In this document: piece by piece, positions 48,650 to 58,487 of the stretch
Layout of the letters: the number at the start of each line of letters is the position of its first letter
How positions within the stretch are numbered: the stretch's first letter is position 1
NCBI GenBank assembly: GCA_963665325.3
Contig: CAXXWS020000002.1
Location: 352,001-416,000 of the forward strand
DNA from: Alphaproteobacteria bacterium
GTDB taxonomy: Bacteria > Pseudomonadota > Alphaproteobacteria > Bin95
Direction of reading: 5' to 3'
DNA length: 64,000 nucleotides
Notes under the pieces: generated by a model
What the model saw: the letters and a program-made list of their open reading frames with translations, nothing else
Told to the model about the DNA's origin: nothing
Database searches by the model: none
Translations under genes and position numbers: made by a program

Positions 48650-49216
48650 TCAGTCCTTGGCCCGCTCGACATAGCTGAGGTCGTTGGGATTGACGACGAT
48701 ACGCGCGCCCATCTTGATGTGCGGCGGCACCATCACCTTGACACCGTTCTCCAGCAGGGCCGGCTTGTAGGAAGAGGACGCCGTCTGCCCCTTCACCACC
48801 GGCTCCGCCTCGACGACCTCCAGCGCAATCCGGGTCGGCAGCTCGATGCTGACCGGGCTGCCCTCCACCGTCAGCACCTTGACTTCCAGCCCGTCCTGGA
48901 GGAACGGCGCGCCGTCGCCCACCATGGCCGCGTCGAGCGAGAACTGGTCGTAGGTCTCGTTGTCCATGAAGGTGTAGCCGTCGGCTTCGGCATAGAGGAA
49001 CTGGCACGGCCGCTCGTCGGTGGTCAGCCGCTCGACGTTGTCCGCGGTGCGCCACCGTTCCTGTGTCTTCACGCCGGTCTTCAGGTCGCGCATTTCGACG
49101 GCGATGAAGGCATTGCCCTTTCCGGGCAGGATCAGGTCGATCTTGATGACGACGCACTGCTTGCCGTCATGCTCGATGACATTGCCGGGACGGATGGTGT
49201 TCGCCTGGATTCGCAT
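48650..49216 (-). CDS. efp: Elongation factor P
   Basis: PGKG loop, FMD.ETYDQ, KGQTASSSYKPA.LENG. Confidence 0.95.
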   Translation of the reverse strand: MRIQANTIRPGNVIEHDGKQCVVIKIDLILPGKGNAFIAVEMRDLKTGVKTQERWRTADNVERLTTDERPCQFLYAEADGYTFMDNETYDQFSLDAAMVGDGAPFLQDGLEVKVLTVEGSPVSIELPTRIALEVVEAEPVVKGQTASSSYKPALLENGVKVMVPPHIKMGARIVVNPNDLSYVERAKD

Positions 49217-49361
49217 CGGGGCCTCGGGCCGGGAAAATCGGACGCCCTTCTAGCAAGCCGGGCCGGCGCCGACAAATGCGGCGGGCGGAAGGCGGTGCGG
49301 CTTCCGGGCGCGGCGCGAAGCTTTGAAGGGGTCCGGACCCAGGGGCCCACTCCAGTCGACA

Positions 49362-50561
49362 TCAGAACCGCAGCATCGGGAAACGGTCGCCGGGCGCGAT
49401 CGTCTCCACGTCCTCGGGCACGTCGAGCAGGCCGTCGGCCTCTGCCATGACGCGCAGCAGGGCCGAGCCGTCGGGACCGGCTTTCCGCGCTGCGCCGTCT
49501 TCGCCGAGGCTGACGCGCAGCCATTCCCGCCGCCCGGTCTTCTTCTTCATGGCGAAGCCGGCTGGCACCGGCGTTGCCGGCGGCGCTTCCCAACCGGCCC
49601 CGCCGAGAAGGCCCAGCATCGGGCGCACCAGCATCAGCAGGCAGGCGGCGGCGGCCACCGGATTGCCCGGTAGGCCGACAAACGCCGCGCTGCCGATGCT
49701 GCCGAGCGCCAGCGGCCGGCCGGGCTTCACCGCGAGGCGCCAGAAATGAAGTTCCGGCACGGCCGCCGCGACATGGTCCTCGTCGCCGGTCGAGATGCCC
49801 GCCGAGGTCATCACGACATCGTGCCCGGCCGCCGCTTCGGCGAGCGCCGCCTTCACCGCGGGCGCATCGTCCGGGAGGATGCCGAGATCGGTCACGAAGA
49901 GTCCGTCTGCCTCCAGGAAGGCGCGCAGCATGGTCCGGTTGGAGTCGTAGAGTTGCCCCGGCGCCAGCGGTTCGCCGGGGAGCGCAAGTTCGTCCCCGGT
50001 GGAGAACAGGGCGATGCGAAGCGGCCGGAACACATCGAGCGCCGTCTCGCCGAGCGAAGCCGCGACGCCCAGTTGCAGCGGGCCGAGGCGCTGGCCGGGC
50101 GCGAAGATCGTCTCGCCCCGGCGGATATTCTCGCCGGCCTTGCGGTAGTTTGCGCCCGCCTTGAGGCCTGCCGGGACAGTCACGGTTTCGCCGTCAAGCT
50201 CGCAGTCCTCCTGCATCGCCACCGTGTCGGCGCCTTCCGGCACCGGCGCGCCAGTCAATATGCGGACCGCCTCGCCCGGCCCGAGTGGGTGCTGGAAGGG
50301 CCGCCCCGCCGCCGCCCGCCCGGCGAGGCGGTAGTGGCCCTGCCCGTGGGCGAAGGCGTAGCCGTCCACGGCGGCGTTGTCGTAGCCGGGCACGTCGAGG
50401 CCGCTCGTCATCGCTTCTGCCAGGATCCGGCCCCGCGCTTCCGCGAGCGCGACACGCTCCCGGCCGACCGTCGGTCCGAGGCGCGTCCGCAGCCGTTCGG
50501 CCGCCTCGCCGACGGTCAGCAGCCGGTCGCCCGCCGCGAAACAGTCGTTGAGCCTCTCCAT
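49362..50561 (-). CDS. moeA: Molybdopterin molybdotransferase
   Basis: NAAVDGYA, RILTGA.VP.GADTV, STGDEL, DSNR, KPGRP, LPGNP. Confidence 0.92.
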   Translation of the reverse strand: MERLNDCFAAGDRLLTVGEAAERLRTRLGPTVGRERVALAEARGRILAEAMTSGLDVPGYDNAAVDGYAFAHGQGHYRLAGRAAAGRPFQHPLGPGEAVRILTGAPVPEGADTVAMQEDCELDGETVTVPAGLKAGANYRKAGENIRRGETIFAPGQRLGPLQLGVAASLGETALDVFRPLRIALFSTGDELALPGEPLAPGQLYDSNRTMLRAFLEADGLFVTDLGILPDDAPAVKAALAEAAAGHDVVMTSAGISTGDEDHVAAAVPELHFWRLAVKPGRPLALGSIGSAAFVGLPGNPVAAAACLLMLVRPMLGLLGGAGWEAPPATPVPAGFAMKKKTGRREWLRVSLGEDGAARKAGPDGSALLRVMAEADGLLDVPEDVETIAPGDRFPMLRF

Positions 50562-50583
50562 GCCCCGGAGCATAGTGGAGAAC

Positions 50584-51435
50584 ATGAGCGAGTTCATGCA
50601 GGAGTTCCTGGTCGCGCCCGACCCGGATGACCCGAGGCTGACCGAAGCCGTCACCGGCATCGACCACGAGGGACGGGAGCGCATCACGCGCGTCGTGGTG
50701 GAAAGGCCGCTCACCATCTACCTGAACAGCCAGGAGATCGTGACCGCGATGACGGTCGGCGACCATGCCGACTGGCTTGCCGTCGGTTTCCTCGTCAACC
50801 AGAACATGCTGCGCCCGGACGACGAGATCACCGGCATCGATATCGACGATGAACTCGACGTCGCCATCGTGCGCACGGCGCGCATGACGGACTACGAGCA
50901 CCGGCTGGAGCGCCGGGTCCGCACCTCGGGCTGCGCCGTCGGCACGGTGTTCGCCGACGTGATGGACAGTTTCGAGGCCTCGGAACTGCCCCCGGACCCG
51001 CTTTACACCTCCTGGATCTACACGCTCTCGGCCAAGATCGCGCGCCGTCCGAGCCTCTATCTGGCCGCCGGCGCCATCCACGGCTGCGTGCTCTGCGAGG
51101 GCGACCGGCCGATCCTCTATCTGGAGGATGTCGGCCGGCACAATGCGGTGGACATGATCGCGGGCTATATGCGCCTCAACGGCGTCTCGCCGGCGGGCAG
51201 GCTGTTCTTCACCACCGGGCGGCTCACCAGCGAGATGGTCATCAAGACCGTGCAGATGGGCGTGCCGATCCTGATCTCGCGCTCGGGCTTCACGGCGTCG
51301 GGCGTGACGCTCGCCCGGCAGGCGGGGCTGACCCTGGTCGGGCGCGCGAAGGGCAAGCGCTTCATCGCGCTCTCCGGCGCGGAGCGCCTCGTGTTCGACG
51401 CGAACCCCGAAGTCGCCACCGGCGACGCCGCCTGA
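50584..51435 (+). CDS. fdhD: Formate dehydrogenase accessory sulfurtransferase
   Basis: ERPLTIYLN, GAIHGC, EDVGRHNAVD, TGRLTSEMV.K. Confidence 0.9.
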   Translation: MSEFMQEFLVAPDPDDPRLTEAVTGIDHEGRERITRVVVERPLTIYLNSQEIVTAMTVGDHADWLAVGFLVNQNMLRPDDEITGIDIDDELDVAIVRTARMTDYEHRLERRVRTSGCAVGTVFADVMDSFEASELPPDPLYTSWIYTLSAKIARRPSLYLAAGAIHGCVLCEGDRPILYLEDVGRHNAVDMIAGYMRLNGVSPAGRLFFTTGRLTSEMVIKTVQMGVPILISRSGFTASGVTLARQAGLTLVGRAKGKRFIALSGAERLVFDANPEVATGDAA

Positions 51436-51440
51436 CCTCC

Positions 51441-52058
51441 GTGCCGTTCGACCCCCGGCAGGACTGCGCCGGCCTCCTGCTCGCGGGCGGCCTCGGACGG
51501 CGGATGGGCGGCGGGCTGAAGGGATTGGCGCTGCTCGACGGGCGGCCGCTGCTGGCCCATGCCGCCGCGCGCGCCGGTCCGCAAGTGGCTTGCCTCGCCG
51601 TCAACGCCAATGCCCCGGCGGAGGAATTCGCCGAACTGGGCCTGCCCGTGCTGCCCGATCCGGTGACGGGATTCGTCGGGCCGCTTGCGGGCGTGCTCGC
51701 CGGCATGCTCTGGGCGCGCGAGGCCGGCTATGGCTGGGTCGCGAGCTTCCCCTGCGATGCGCCCTTCTTCCCCGGGACGCTGGTCCGCGACCTGGCGGCC
51801 GAGGCAGGGAGCGCCGATATCGTCACCGCGACCTCCGGCGGGCAGCGTCACCCGGTCTTCGCGCTCTGGGCCGTGAGCCTCGCCGACGACCTGCAACGCG
51901 CGCTGGCGGAGGAAGGGCTCCGCAAGGTGGACCGCTGGACCGCCCGCTACCGTATGGCCGACGTCGAATTCCCGGTCGCGCCCGAAGGCGACCCGTTCTT
52001 CAATATCAACACGCCGGAAGAGCTTGCCGCGGCGGAGGTGCGGCTGGCAGGGCGCTAG
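51441..52058 (+). CDS. mobA: Molybdenum cofactor guanylyltransferase
   Basis: LAGGLGRRMGG..K, GPLAG, PCDAPF, FFNINTPEEL. Confidence 0.92.
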   Translation: MPFDPRQDCAGLLLAGGLGRRMGGGLKGLALLDGRPLLAHAAARAGPQVACLAVNANAPAEEFAELGLPVLPDPVTGFVGPLAGVLAGMLWAREAGYGWVASFPCDAPFFPGTLVRDLAAEAGSADIVTATSGGQRHPVFALWAVSLADDLQRALAEEGLRKVDRWTARYRMADVEFPVAPEGDPFFNINTPEELAAAEVRLAGR

Positions 52059-52763
52059 TCAGGCCGCGAGCCAGCCGCCGTCCACCGGGAGCGTGGTGCC
52101 GGTGATGAAGCTGGCGCGGTCGGAGAGCAGGAAGCAGATCGCCTCGGCGATTTCCGGCGGCCGGCCGAAGCGTGCCATGGCGTGGCGGGTACGGGAGCGC
52201 TCGCGGGCCGCATCCGGATCGGCCTGGCGCGAGAGGCTGCGGTTCAACATCGGCGTTTCCGTAGCGCCAGGCGCGACCGCGTTGACACGAATCCCGTCGC
52301 CCGCGAGTTCGACCGCCGCCGTGCGGACCAGCGAGACGACCGCGCCCTTGGATGCGATATAGGCCGCATTCAGCGACCCGCCGCCAAAGGCAAGCTGCGA
52401 GGCGATGCCGACAACGGAACCGCCGCCCGCCGCGCGCATCGGCCCGGCTGCCGCCGCGAGCCACATCCAGGTCGCCTTCACATTGACGGCGAAGACCCGG
52501 TCCCAGTCCTCGGGGTCAATATCCTCGATCGCGACGCCGCTCTCGGATATGCCGGCCGCCGTCACAAGGCCGTCGAGGCGCGGGCAGCGTTCCATTGCCT
52601 GAGCGACCAGCGCCGGATCGGTCACATCGCCGACGAGGCCGGAAGAGGCATCCCGGTCCACCACGAGCACGTCCGCGCCGGACGCGCGCAGCATGCCCAC
52701 CGTCTCCGCCCCGATGCCGGAGGCGCCGCCGGTTACGATGATTGTCTTGTTTACGAAGTCCAT
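52059..52763 (-). CDS. SDR family oxidoreductase
   Basis: TGGASGIG, YIASK, VDGG. Confidence 0.9.
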   Translation of the reverse strand: MDFVNKTIIVTGGASGIGAETVGMLRASGADVLVVDRDASSGLVGDVTDPALVAQAMERCPRLDGLVTAAGISESGVAIEDIDPEDWDRVFAVNVKATWMWLAAAAGPMRAAGGGSVVGIASQLAFGGGSLNAAYIASKGAVVSLVRTAAVELAGDGIRVNAVAPGATETPMLNRSLSRQADPDAARERSRTRHAMARFGRPPEIAEAICFLLSDRASFITGTTLPVDGGWLAA

Positions 52764-52786
52764 ACCAGCTTCCTACCATGCATGGC

Positions 52787-53515
52787 ATGAGCGTGCGAGG
52801 CTTCCGGACCCAGGTGGCGGCGCTGGCGGCTGCGCTGCTACTGCCGGCATGGAGTGCTCCGGCGCAGGGCAGCGAGGCCGGGATTCTGGCCGATCGCCTT
52901 CTCGTGGCCGATTGCGGGGACTGCCTCGTTATCGACCCGGAAAGGCGGCAGGGACTTGCGGCGGAGATCGACCGGGTTCTGGCGCGGGTCCGGGAACTGC
53001 GCCCGGACCTGACGGATATCCGGGCGCGGGCGGCATTCGACCCCGGTGCGTTGCTCATCGAAGCGGAACCGGGCCTGCTCGATGCGCTTGTGCAGGCGCC
53101 GAGGGGCAGGACCGGCCATGTGGCCTTCGATACGCTGGGTGACAGGCTCGGCCTCGAATCGGTGCGCGTCTTCTCCTTTGCCGCTACCGCCTTGCTGCGC
53201 TTCGCCGCGCCGGTGAACGTCACCGCTGCGGCCCGTGCCTACCGGGAGGTCGAAGACGTGAAGAGCGCCGAACCCGATGCCGTGCTCGGCGATGGCCCCG
53301 ATATCGCCGCCGCCCGGCACGGTGCTGTCTGGCACGTCGTTATCGACCGCGCCTGGGGCGATTGCCCCTCCGGCTGCCTTCACCGCGAAACTTCGTATTT
53401 TACGGTAGGCGGAGATGGTGTCTCGGAAATCGAAGCGCGGCGAGCTCTCAAGATGCCGGGTTTCGAGAAGGCCCTGTTGTCTAGTGGCCACGGCAGGTTC
53501 GCGCAACCGCGCTGA
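52787..53515 (+). CDS. Exported hypothetical protein with CGDC and WGDCPSGC motifs
   Basis: Signal-peptide-like N-terminus; fills the intergenic gap; host-like codon usage. Confidence 0.6.
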   Translation: MSVRGFRTQVAALAAALLLPAWSAPAQGSEAGILADRLLVADCGDCLVIDPERRQGLAAEIDRVLARVRELRPDLTDIRARAAFDPGALLIEAEPGLLDALVQAPRGRTGHVAFDTLGDRLGLESVRVFSFAATALLRFAAPVNVTAAARAYREVEDVKSAEPDAVLGDGPDIAAARHGAVWHVVIDRAWGDCPSGCLHRETSYFTVGGDGVSEIEARRALKMPGFEKALLSSGHGRFAQPR

Positions 53516-53524
53516 CCCGTGTTC

Positions 53525-54346
53525 CTATGCTTCGCTGCCGTGGCAGCCGAACAGATCTCCCGTCGGAGGAGCCGGGACGAGGCTGCACCAGATCGGCGTA
53601 TGGTCGGAAGCTTTCGGTCGGCTGCGGGGGATCGTGTCGATATCGCACTCCTCCAGCCGGTCCAGCGCCGCCGGCGACAGCAGCAGGTGGTCGATGCGGA
53701 CGCCTTCGCCCCTCTGCCAGCGGCCGCGCTGGTAGTCCCAGAAGGTGAAGGCGCCGCTCTGCCGCGCATGGAGCGACCGGAAGGCGTCGGCCCAGCCGAG
53801 ATAAAGGATTTCCCGGAATGCCCGCCGGCTCTCGGGCCGGTAAAGCGCGTCCCCGGTCCAGTCGTCGGGATCGTAGCAATCTTCCGGTTCCGGAATGACA
53901 TTGAAGTCCCCGCCGAGCACGGTCGGGATCTCGTCGGCCAGCAACCGCGCGGCATGGCGTTTCAGCCGCGCCATCCAACAAAGCTTGTAGGGAAACTTGT
54001 CGCTCTCGACCGGATTGCCGTTGGGCAGGTAGATCGAGGCGACGCGCACACCGTCGAATACCGCTTCGACATAACGCGCCTGTTCATCGTCGCCGCCGTC
54101 GTCGGGCAGGCCCTCATGCACCGCCTCCGGAGCGCTCTTCGAGATGAGCGCGACGCCGTTATAGGTCTTCTGGCCAAGCACCGTCGCCCGGTATCCCGCC
54201 GCCTCGATTTCGAGGAACGGGAAGGCGTCGGCGGTGCATTTGATCTCCTGCAGCGCCAGCACATCCGGCGCGGCCGTGTCCAGCCAGTCGATCACGGCAG
54301 GCAGACGGGCCTTGACCGAGTTGACGTTCCAGCTTGCGATCTTCAT
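53525..54346 (-). CDS. xth: Exodeoxyribonuclease III
   Basis: SWNVNS, LQEIK, YNGVA, YLPNGN, GDFN, RIDH, SDH. Confidence 0.95.
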   Translation of the reverse strand: MKIASWNVNSVKARLPAVIDWLDTAAPDVLALQEIKCTADAFPFLEIEAAGYRATVLGQKTYNGVALISKSAPEAVHEGLPDDGGDDEQARYVEAVFDGVRVASIYLPNGNPVESDKFPYKLCWMARLKRHAARLLADEIPTVLGGDFNVIPEPEDCYDPDDWTGDALYRPESRRAFREILYLGWADAFRSLHARQSGAFTFWDYQRGRWQRGEGVRIDHLLLSPAALDRLEECDIDTIPRSRPKASDHTPIWCSLVPAPPTGDLFGCHGSEA

Positions 54347-54679
54347 TCAGACGGCGAAGGACGAGCCGCAGCCGCAGGAAGCCGTCGCGTTGGGGTTGTC
54401 GATCCGGAAGGCGGAACCGGCCATGTCCTCGACGAAGTCGATCTGCGCGCCTTCCAGGAGCTCCAGCGACATCTCGTCGATCACGACATCGACGCCGGCA
54501 TGGGAGAACACGAGGTCGTCCTCATTGCGCGTACCGTCGAAGGCGAAGCCGTACTGGAAGCCGGAACAACCGCCGCCCGAGACGGAGACGCGCAGCATCA
54601 CATCTGTGCCATCCTGCTGATCGAGGAGATAGGAGACGCGCTCGGCGGCCCTGTCTGAAATCTGGATCCCTGCGCTCAT
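54347..54679 (-). CDS. erpA: A-type Fe-S cluster carrier
   Basis: GGGCSGFQY, NPNA..SCGCGSSF. Confidence 0.88.
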   Translation of the reverse strand: MSAGIQISDRAAERVSYLLDQQDGTDVMLRVSVSGGGCSGFQYGFAFDGTRNEDDLVFSHAGVDVVIDEMSLELLEGAQIDFVEDMAGSAFRIDNPNATASCGCGSSFAV

Positions 54680-54757
54680 GGTGCCAACATACTCCAACTG
54701 ACGCCGATTATCTGGTGGCCGGGCGCGAACTGTCAATGCGGAGACGCTGCCAGGGGA

Positions 54758-55888
54758 TCAGATGCAGTAGGTCGCGAGCGGCGGCAGGCCGTTGAAGTTG
54801 ACCGAACTGTAGGAGGCCGTGTAGGCGCCTGCGGATTCGATCGCCACCTTGTCTCCGACCTCCAGCGCCAGCGGCAGCCGGTAGTTGCTGTGCTGGTAGA
54901 TGACATCCGCTTCGTCGCAGGTCGGCCCCGCCAGCACGACCGGGCCGCATTCCGCGCCGTCGCGCTCTGTGGTGATGCGGTACTGGATCGCCTCGTCCAT
55001 GGTCTCGATCAGCCCGCCGAATTTTCCGACATCCAGATAGACCCAGCGCTCCTCGTCCCGGTAGCCCTTGCGCGAGATCAGCACGATCTCGCTCTGCACG
55101 AGGCCGGCATCGCCCACCAGCGCGCGTCCGGGCTCGACGATCAGGTTCGGCATCCGGTTGCCGAAATGGCTTCGGGCCGCTGCCGCCAGCGCGAGCATGT
55201 GGTCCTCGGGGCTCGGCCCGTCCTTGCGGTAGCGGGCGGGGAAGCCGCCGCCGACATTCACCATGCCGAGCTTCACCCCGGCCTCGTCCAGCGCCGTGAA
55301 CAGCATGGCCGTCTGGCCGAAGGCCACGTCCCACTGGCGCACGTCGCGCTGCTGCGAGCCGATATGGAAGGAGAGGCCGTAGGGTTCGAGGCCGAGCCGG
55401 CCCGCCTCCAGCATGAGGTCGCGCGCCATATCGACCTCGCAGCCGAATTTGCGCCCGAGCGGCCAGTCCGCGCCTTCCCCGGTCATGACGATGCGGCAAT
55501 AGACACGGGCTCCGGGCGCGGCTTCGGCCAGCTTGTGCAGCTCGGCGGCACTGTCGAAGGCGAACAGGTCCACGCCCAGCCTGTGTGCGGCCTCGATATC
55601 GGCGGACTTCTTGATCGTGTTGCCGAACGACAGGCTCCGGGCGGGCGCGCCGGCTGCGAGACAGTCGCGGACCTCGTAGATGCTGGCGCAATCGAAGGAT
55701 GAGCCGAGCCGGACGAGTAGCGAGATGATTTCCGGGGCCGGGTTTGCCTTGACGGCGTAATAGACTGCCGCTTGCGGCAACAGGCGGGCAAAGGCGAGAT
55801 AATTGTCCCGCACGACGTCGAGGTCGATCACGAGGCACGGCGTCGGTGGCCGGGACTCGTCCAGGAATCGGCGAATGCGCGCCGTCAT
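54758..55888 (-). CDS. Ornithine/lysine decarboxylase (fold type III PLP enzyme)
   Basis: YAVKAN, KFGC, SFHIGSQ, NVGGGFP, EPGR, GPTCD, GAYT. Confidence 0.92.
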   Translation of the reverse strand: MTARIRRFLDESRPPTPCLVIDLDVVRDNYLAFARLLPQAAVYYAVKANPAPEIISLLVRLGSSFDCASIYEVRDCLAAGAPARSLSFGNTIKKSADIEAAHRLGVDLFAFDSAAELHKLAEAAPGARVYCRIVMTGEGADWPLGRKFGCEVDMARDLMLEAGRLGLEPYGLSFHIGSQQRDVRQWDVAFGQTAMLFTALDEAGVKLGMVNVGGGFPARYRKDGPSPEDHMLALAAAARSHFGNRMPNLIVEPGRALVGDAGLVQSEIVLISRKGYRDEERWVYLDVGKFGGLIETMDEAIQYRITTERDGAECGPVVLAGPTCDEADVIYQHSNYRLPLALEVGDKVAIESAGAYTASYSSVNFNGLPPLATYCI

Positions 55889-56189
55889 CGCATAACCCTC
55901 CCAAGGGGCTCCTAACCGCGGCTCGGGCGGCGGATAGGCAAACGACCGAAAACCGTCCGTCTTCCCGCCTGTCGCACCGATACCTCGTTACCCGCCCCCG
56001 GCTTGTCCGCCTGGGTGATTTCTTGGCACGTGGGTCATGCGTGGTGCGGCGGCGCAGCAATAGGTCCATTGCGGGTTCGGGTCAAGGCCGCTGCGGCTCC
56101 GTTCCTGTCCGAAAGCGCCTTCTGCCGGGCGGAGTGAGCAACCGGTTAGACGGGGCGGCGCCACGACATCGCATGACGCCACGGCCGGG
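55889..56189 (-). promoter_or_regulatory. Long 5' leader of the decarboxylase, possible speF-like element with uORF
   Basis: 300-nt gap; uORF MTHVPRNHPGGQAGGG* at 56038-55988; hairpin-forming tract before the RBS. Confidence 0.4.
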
Positions 56190-57449
56190 CTAAATCGCCC
56201 CGTCGCGGCGCAGCGCGGCTACGTCTTCCTCAGAGAACCCGAATTCGGACAGCACCTCGTCCGTGTGCTCGCCCATGAGCGGCGGCGGGCGGTCTGTGCC
56301 GCGGCCCGTGTTCGCGCCGTGGAAGGCCAGATCCACATAGATGCCCTTGCCGCCGCCGAGCGCCTCCTGTCGCGCGACCGGACGGAAAGTGCCGCGATGG
56401 GCGAGCTGGTCGTCCTCGCAGGCCTGCGGCACGGAGGCCACCCGGCTCGCCGGCACGCCGGCCTCGGCGAGGCGCGCCTCCCAGGTGCCGGCATCGGCTG
56501 CCGCCAACGCCGCGATGAACGCCTTCCGGAGCGCATCCGCATTTGCGATCCGGTCCGCAAGGGTGGCGAAGCGCGGGTCGTCCGGGAGGTCCGCCAGGCC
56601 GAGCGTGCGGGCGAACGCGGCGAACTGGCCCTCTGTGGGCGCTGCCACCATCAGGAAACCGTCGCCGGTCGGGAAGGCGTCCGAAGTCGGGTTGTCGGTC
56701 TGCGACCTGTTGCCGTTCGGCCGGGGTTCCTGCCCGTTCACCTGCCAGAAGTTGATCGTCGGCGCCATGATGCCGATTGCGGTGTCGAGCATGGAAAGGT
56801 CGAGATGGTCGCCCTCGCCGGTGCGCTCACGGTGGTAGAGCGCGGTCGAGATGGCGAAACAGGCCTGCGTGGCGGTCGCCATGTCGGTCAGCCAGTACCC
56901 GGTCTTGAGCGGCTCGGCGCCGGCGGCCCCGGTGACCGCCATCATGCCGGAGGCCGCCTGGATCGAGGGGTCGTATGCGGCGGCCGGCGCGCGAGGCCCG
57001 GTTTGTCCGTATCCGGATATGGAGCAATAGACGAGGCGGGAGTTGACCTGCTTCAGCGCCTCGTAGCCGAGGCCCATGCGGTCCATCGTCCCGGCCTTGA
57101 AGTTCTGGATGAGGACATCCGCGGATGCCGCCAGCCGGCGCACGACCCCGCCCGCGCGGGGATGCTTGAGGTCGAGGGTGACCGACCGCTTGCCGGCGTT
57201 GACGGAGAGGAACAGCGTCGACATGGCATGGTCGAGGAGGCGCGGGTCCGTCGCGTGGCCGAGGCCGCGGCCCTGGTCGCCGCCGGCGCGGTTCTCGATC
57301 TTGACCACATCGGCGCCGAGCAGCGCGAGCTGCTGCGTGCAATACGGTCCGGCGAGCACCTGGGTGAAATCGATAATGCGCACCCCCTCGAGCGGCAGCC
57401 TCGCCGCTCCGTCCTGCGATTGCGCGGCGCCGTTCTCCCTCTCGGTCAT
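56190..57449 (-). CDS. CaiB/BaiF family III CoA transferase
   Basis: LAGPYCTQQLALLGADVVKIE, NAGKRSVTLDLK, ISGYGQTGP, YDP.IQA.SG. Confidence 0.9.
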   Translation of the reverse strand: MTERENGAAQSQDGAARLPLEGVRIIDFTQVLAGPYCTQQLALLGADVVKIENRAGGDQGRGLGHATDPRLLDHAMSTLFLSVNAGKRSVTLDLKHPRAGGVVRRLAASADVLIQNFKAGTMDRMGLGYEALKQVNSRLVYCSISGYGQTGPRAPAAAYDPSIQAASGMMAVTGAAGAEPLKTGYWLTDMATATQACFAISTALYHRERTGEGDHLDLSMLDTAIGIMAPTINFWQVNGQEPRPNGNRSQTDNPTSDAFPTGDGFLMVAAPTEGQFAAFARTLGLADLPDDPRFATLADRIANADALRKAFIAALAAADAGTWEARLAEAGVPASRVASVPQACEDDQLAHRGTFRPVARQEALGGGKGIYVDLAFHGANTGRGTDRPPPLMGEHTDEVLSEFGFSEEDVAALRRDGAI

Positions 57450-57520
57450 CCCGTCCCTCCCTTCGTTACCGGAATCCGCTACATATACCCGTTCCATCCC
57501 CGAGAACGGAGACCCGGCCC

Positions 57521-58477
57521 GTGACAAGCGATCCCCAGACCCGGCCGCGCTATCTCGGCCTGCCGACCTTCATGCGCCTGCCCTATGCGGAGGATGTGGG
57601 CGGGGCCGACATCGCTGTGCTGGGTGTGCCTTTCGATGGCGGGGTGAGCAATCGCCCGGGAGCCCGCCACGGACCGCGCGCAGTCCGGGACCTGTCGAGC
57701 ATGGTCCGCAAGGTCAACCAGGCCACCGGGGCGGCTCCCTTCGACGCCGCAAGCATCGTGGACGGCGGCGATATCTGGACCGAGCGGGTCTATCGGCTGG
57801 AGGATGCCCACGCCGACATCGAGGCGGGATTCGCCAAGGTGCGCGAAGCCGGCGTCGTGCCGCTCTCCGTGGGCGGCGACCATTCGATCAGCTTGCCGAT
57901 CATGCGCGCCATGTTCTCCGGCGGGCCGCCCGTCGGCATGGTCCATATCGACGCCCATTGCGACACGGCCGACGACGACGGGCCCTCGCGCTTCCATCAC
58001 GGCGCTCCTTTCAGCCGGGCGGTGGAGGAGGGACTGCTGGACCCGAAGCGGACGGTGCAGATCGGCATCCGGGGCGCGCTTTTCGATCCGGACAGGTGGA
58101 AATTCAGCTACGACGCGGGCATGCGCGTGATGCCGATGGAAGAGGTTTACGAAATCGGGCCGAAGGGCGCGGCCGCGATTGCCCACGAGGTCGTCGGCGA
58201 CGGACCGACCTATCTTTCCTTCGACATCGACTGCCTCGACCCGGCCTTCGCGCCCGGCACCGGAACGCCGGAGATCGGCGGGTTCAGCACCGCAGAGGCG
58301 CTCGTCCTGCTGCGCCGGCTCGCGGGAATCGACTTCGTCGCGGGCGATCTGGTGGAGGTGTCGCCGCCCTTCGACTCCGCGGGTATTACCGCGCTCGCCG
58401 GGGCCAATCTCCTGTTCGAGATCCTGTGCCTGCTGACGGCGTCGCTCGAAGCCCGACGCAGCGCGGCGGCGGAGTGA
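57521..58477 (+). CDS. Agmatinase-like ureohydrolase
   Basis: GGDHSI, DAHCD, SFDIDCLDPAFAPGTGTP, VEVSP. Confidence 0.88.
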   Translation: MTSDPQTRPRYLGLPTFMRLPYAEDVGGADIAVLGVPFDGGVSNRPGARHGPRAVRDLSSMVRKVNQATGAAPFDAASIVDGGDIWTERVYRLEDAHADIEAGFAKVREAGVVPLSVGGDHSISLPIMRAMFSGGPPVGMVHIDAHCDTADDDGPSRFHHGAPFSRAVEEGLLDPKRTVQIGIRGALFDPDRWKFSYDAGMRVMPMEEVYEIGPKGAAAIAHEVVGDGPTYLSFDIDCLDPAFAPGTGTPEIGGFSTAEALVLLRRLAGIDFVAGDLVEVSPPFDSAGITALAGANLLFEILCLLTASLEARRSAAAE

Positions 58478-58487
58478 GGCGCGACAG

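Noticed and set aside
54708-56069. 453-aa ORF overlapping the decarboxylase as a real protein
   Set aside because: Same-strand alternative frame with GC-biased composition; only its 5' end may matter as a leader.
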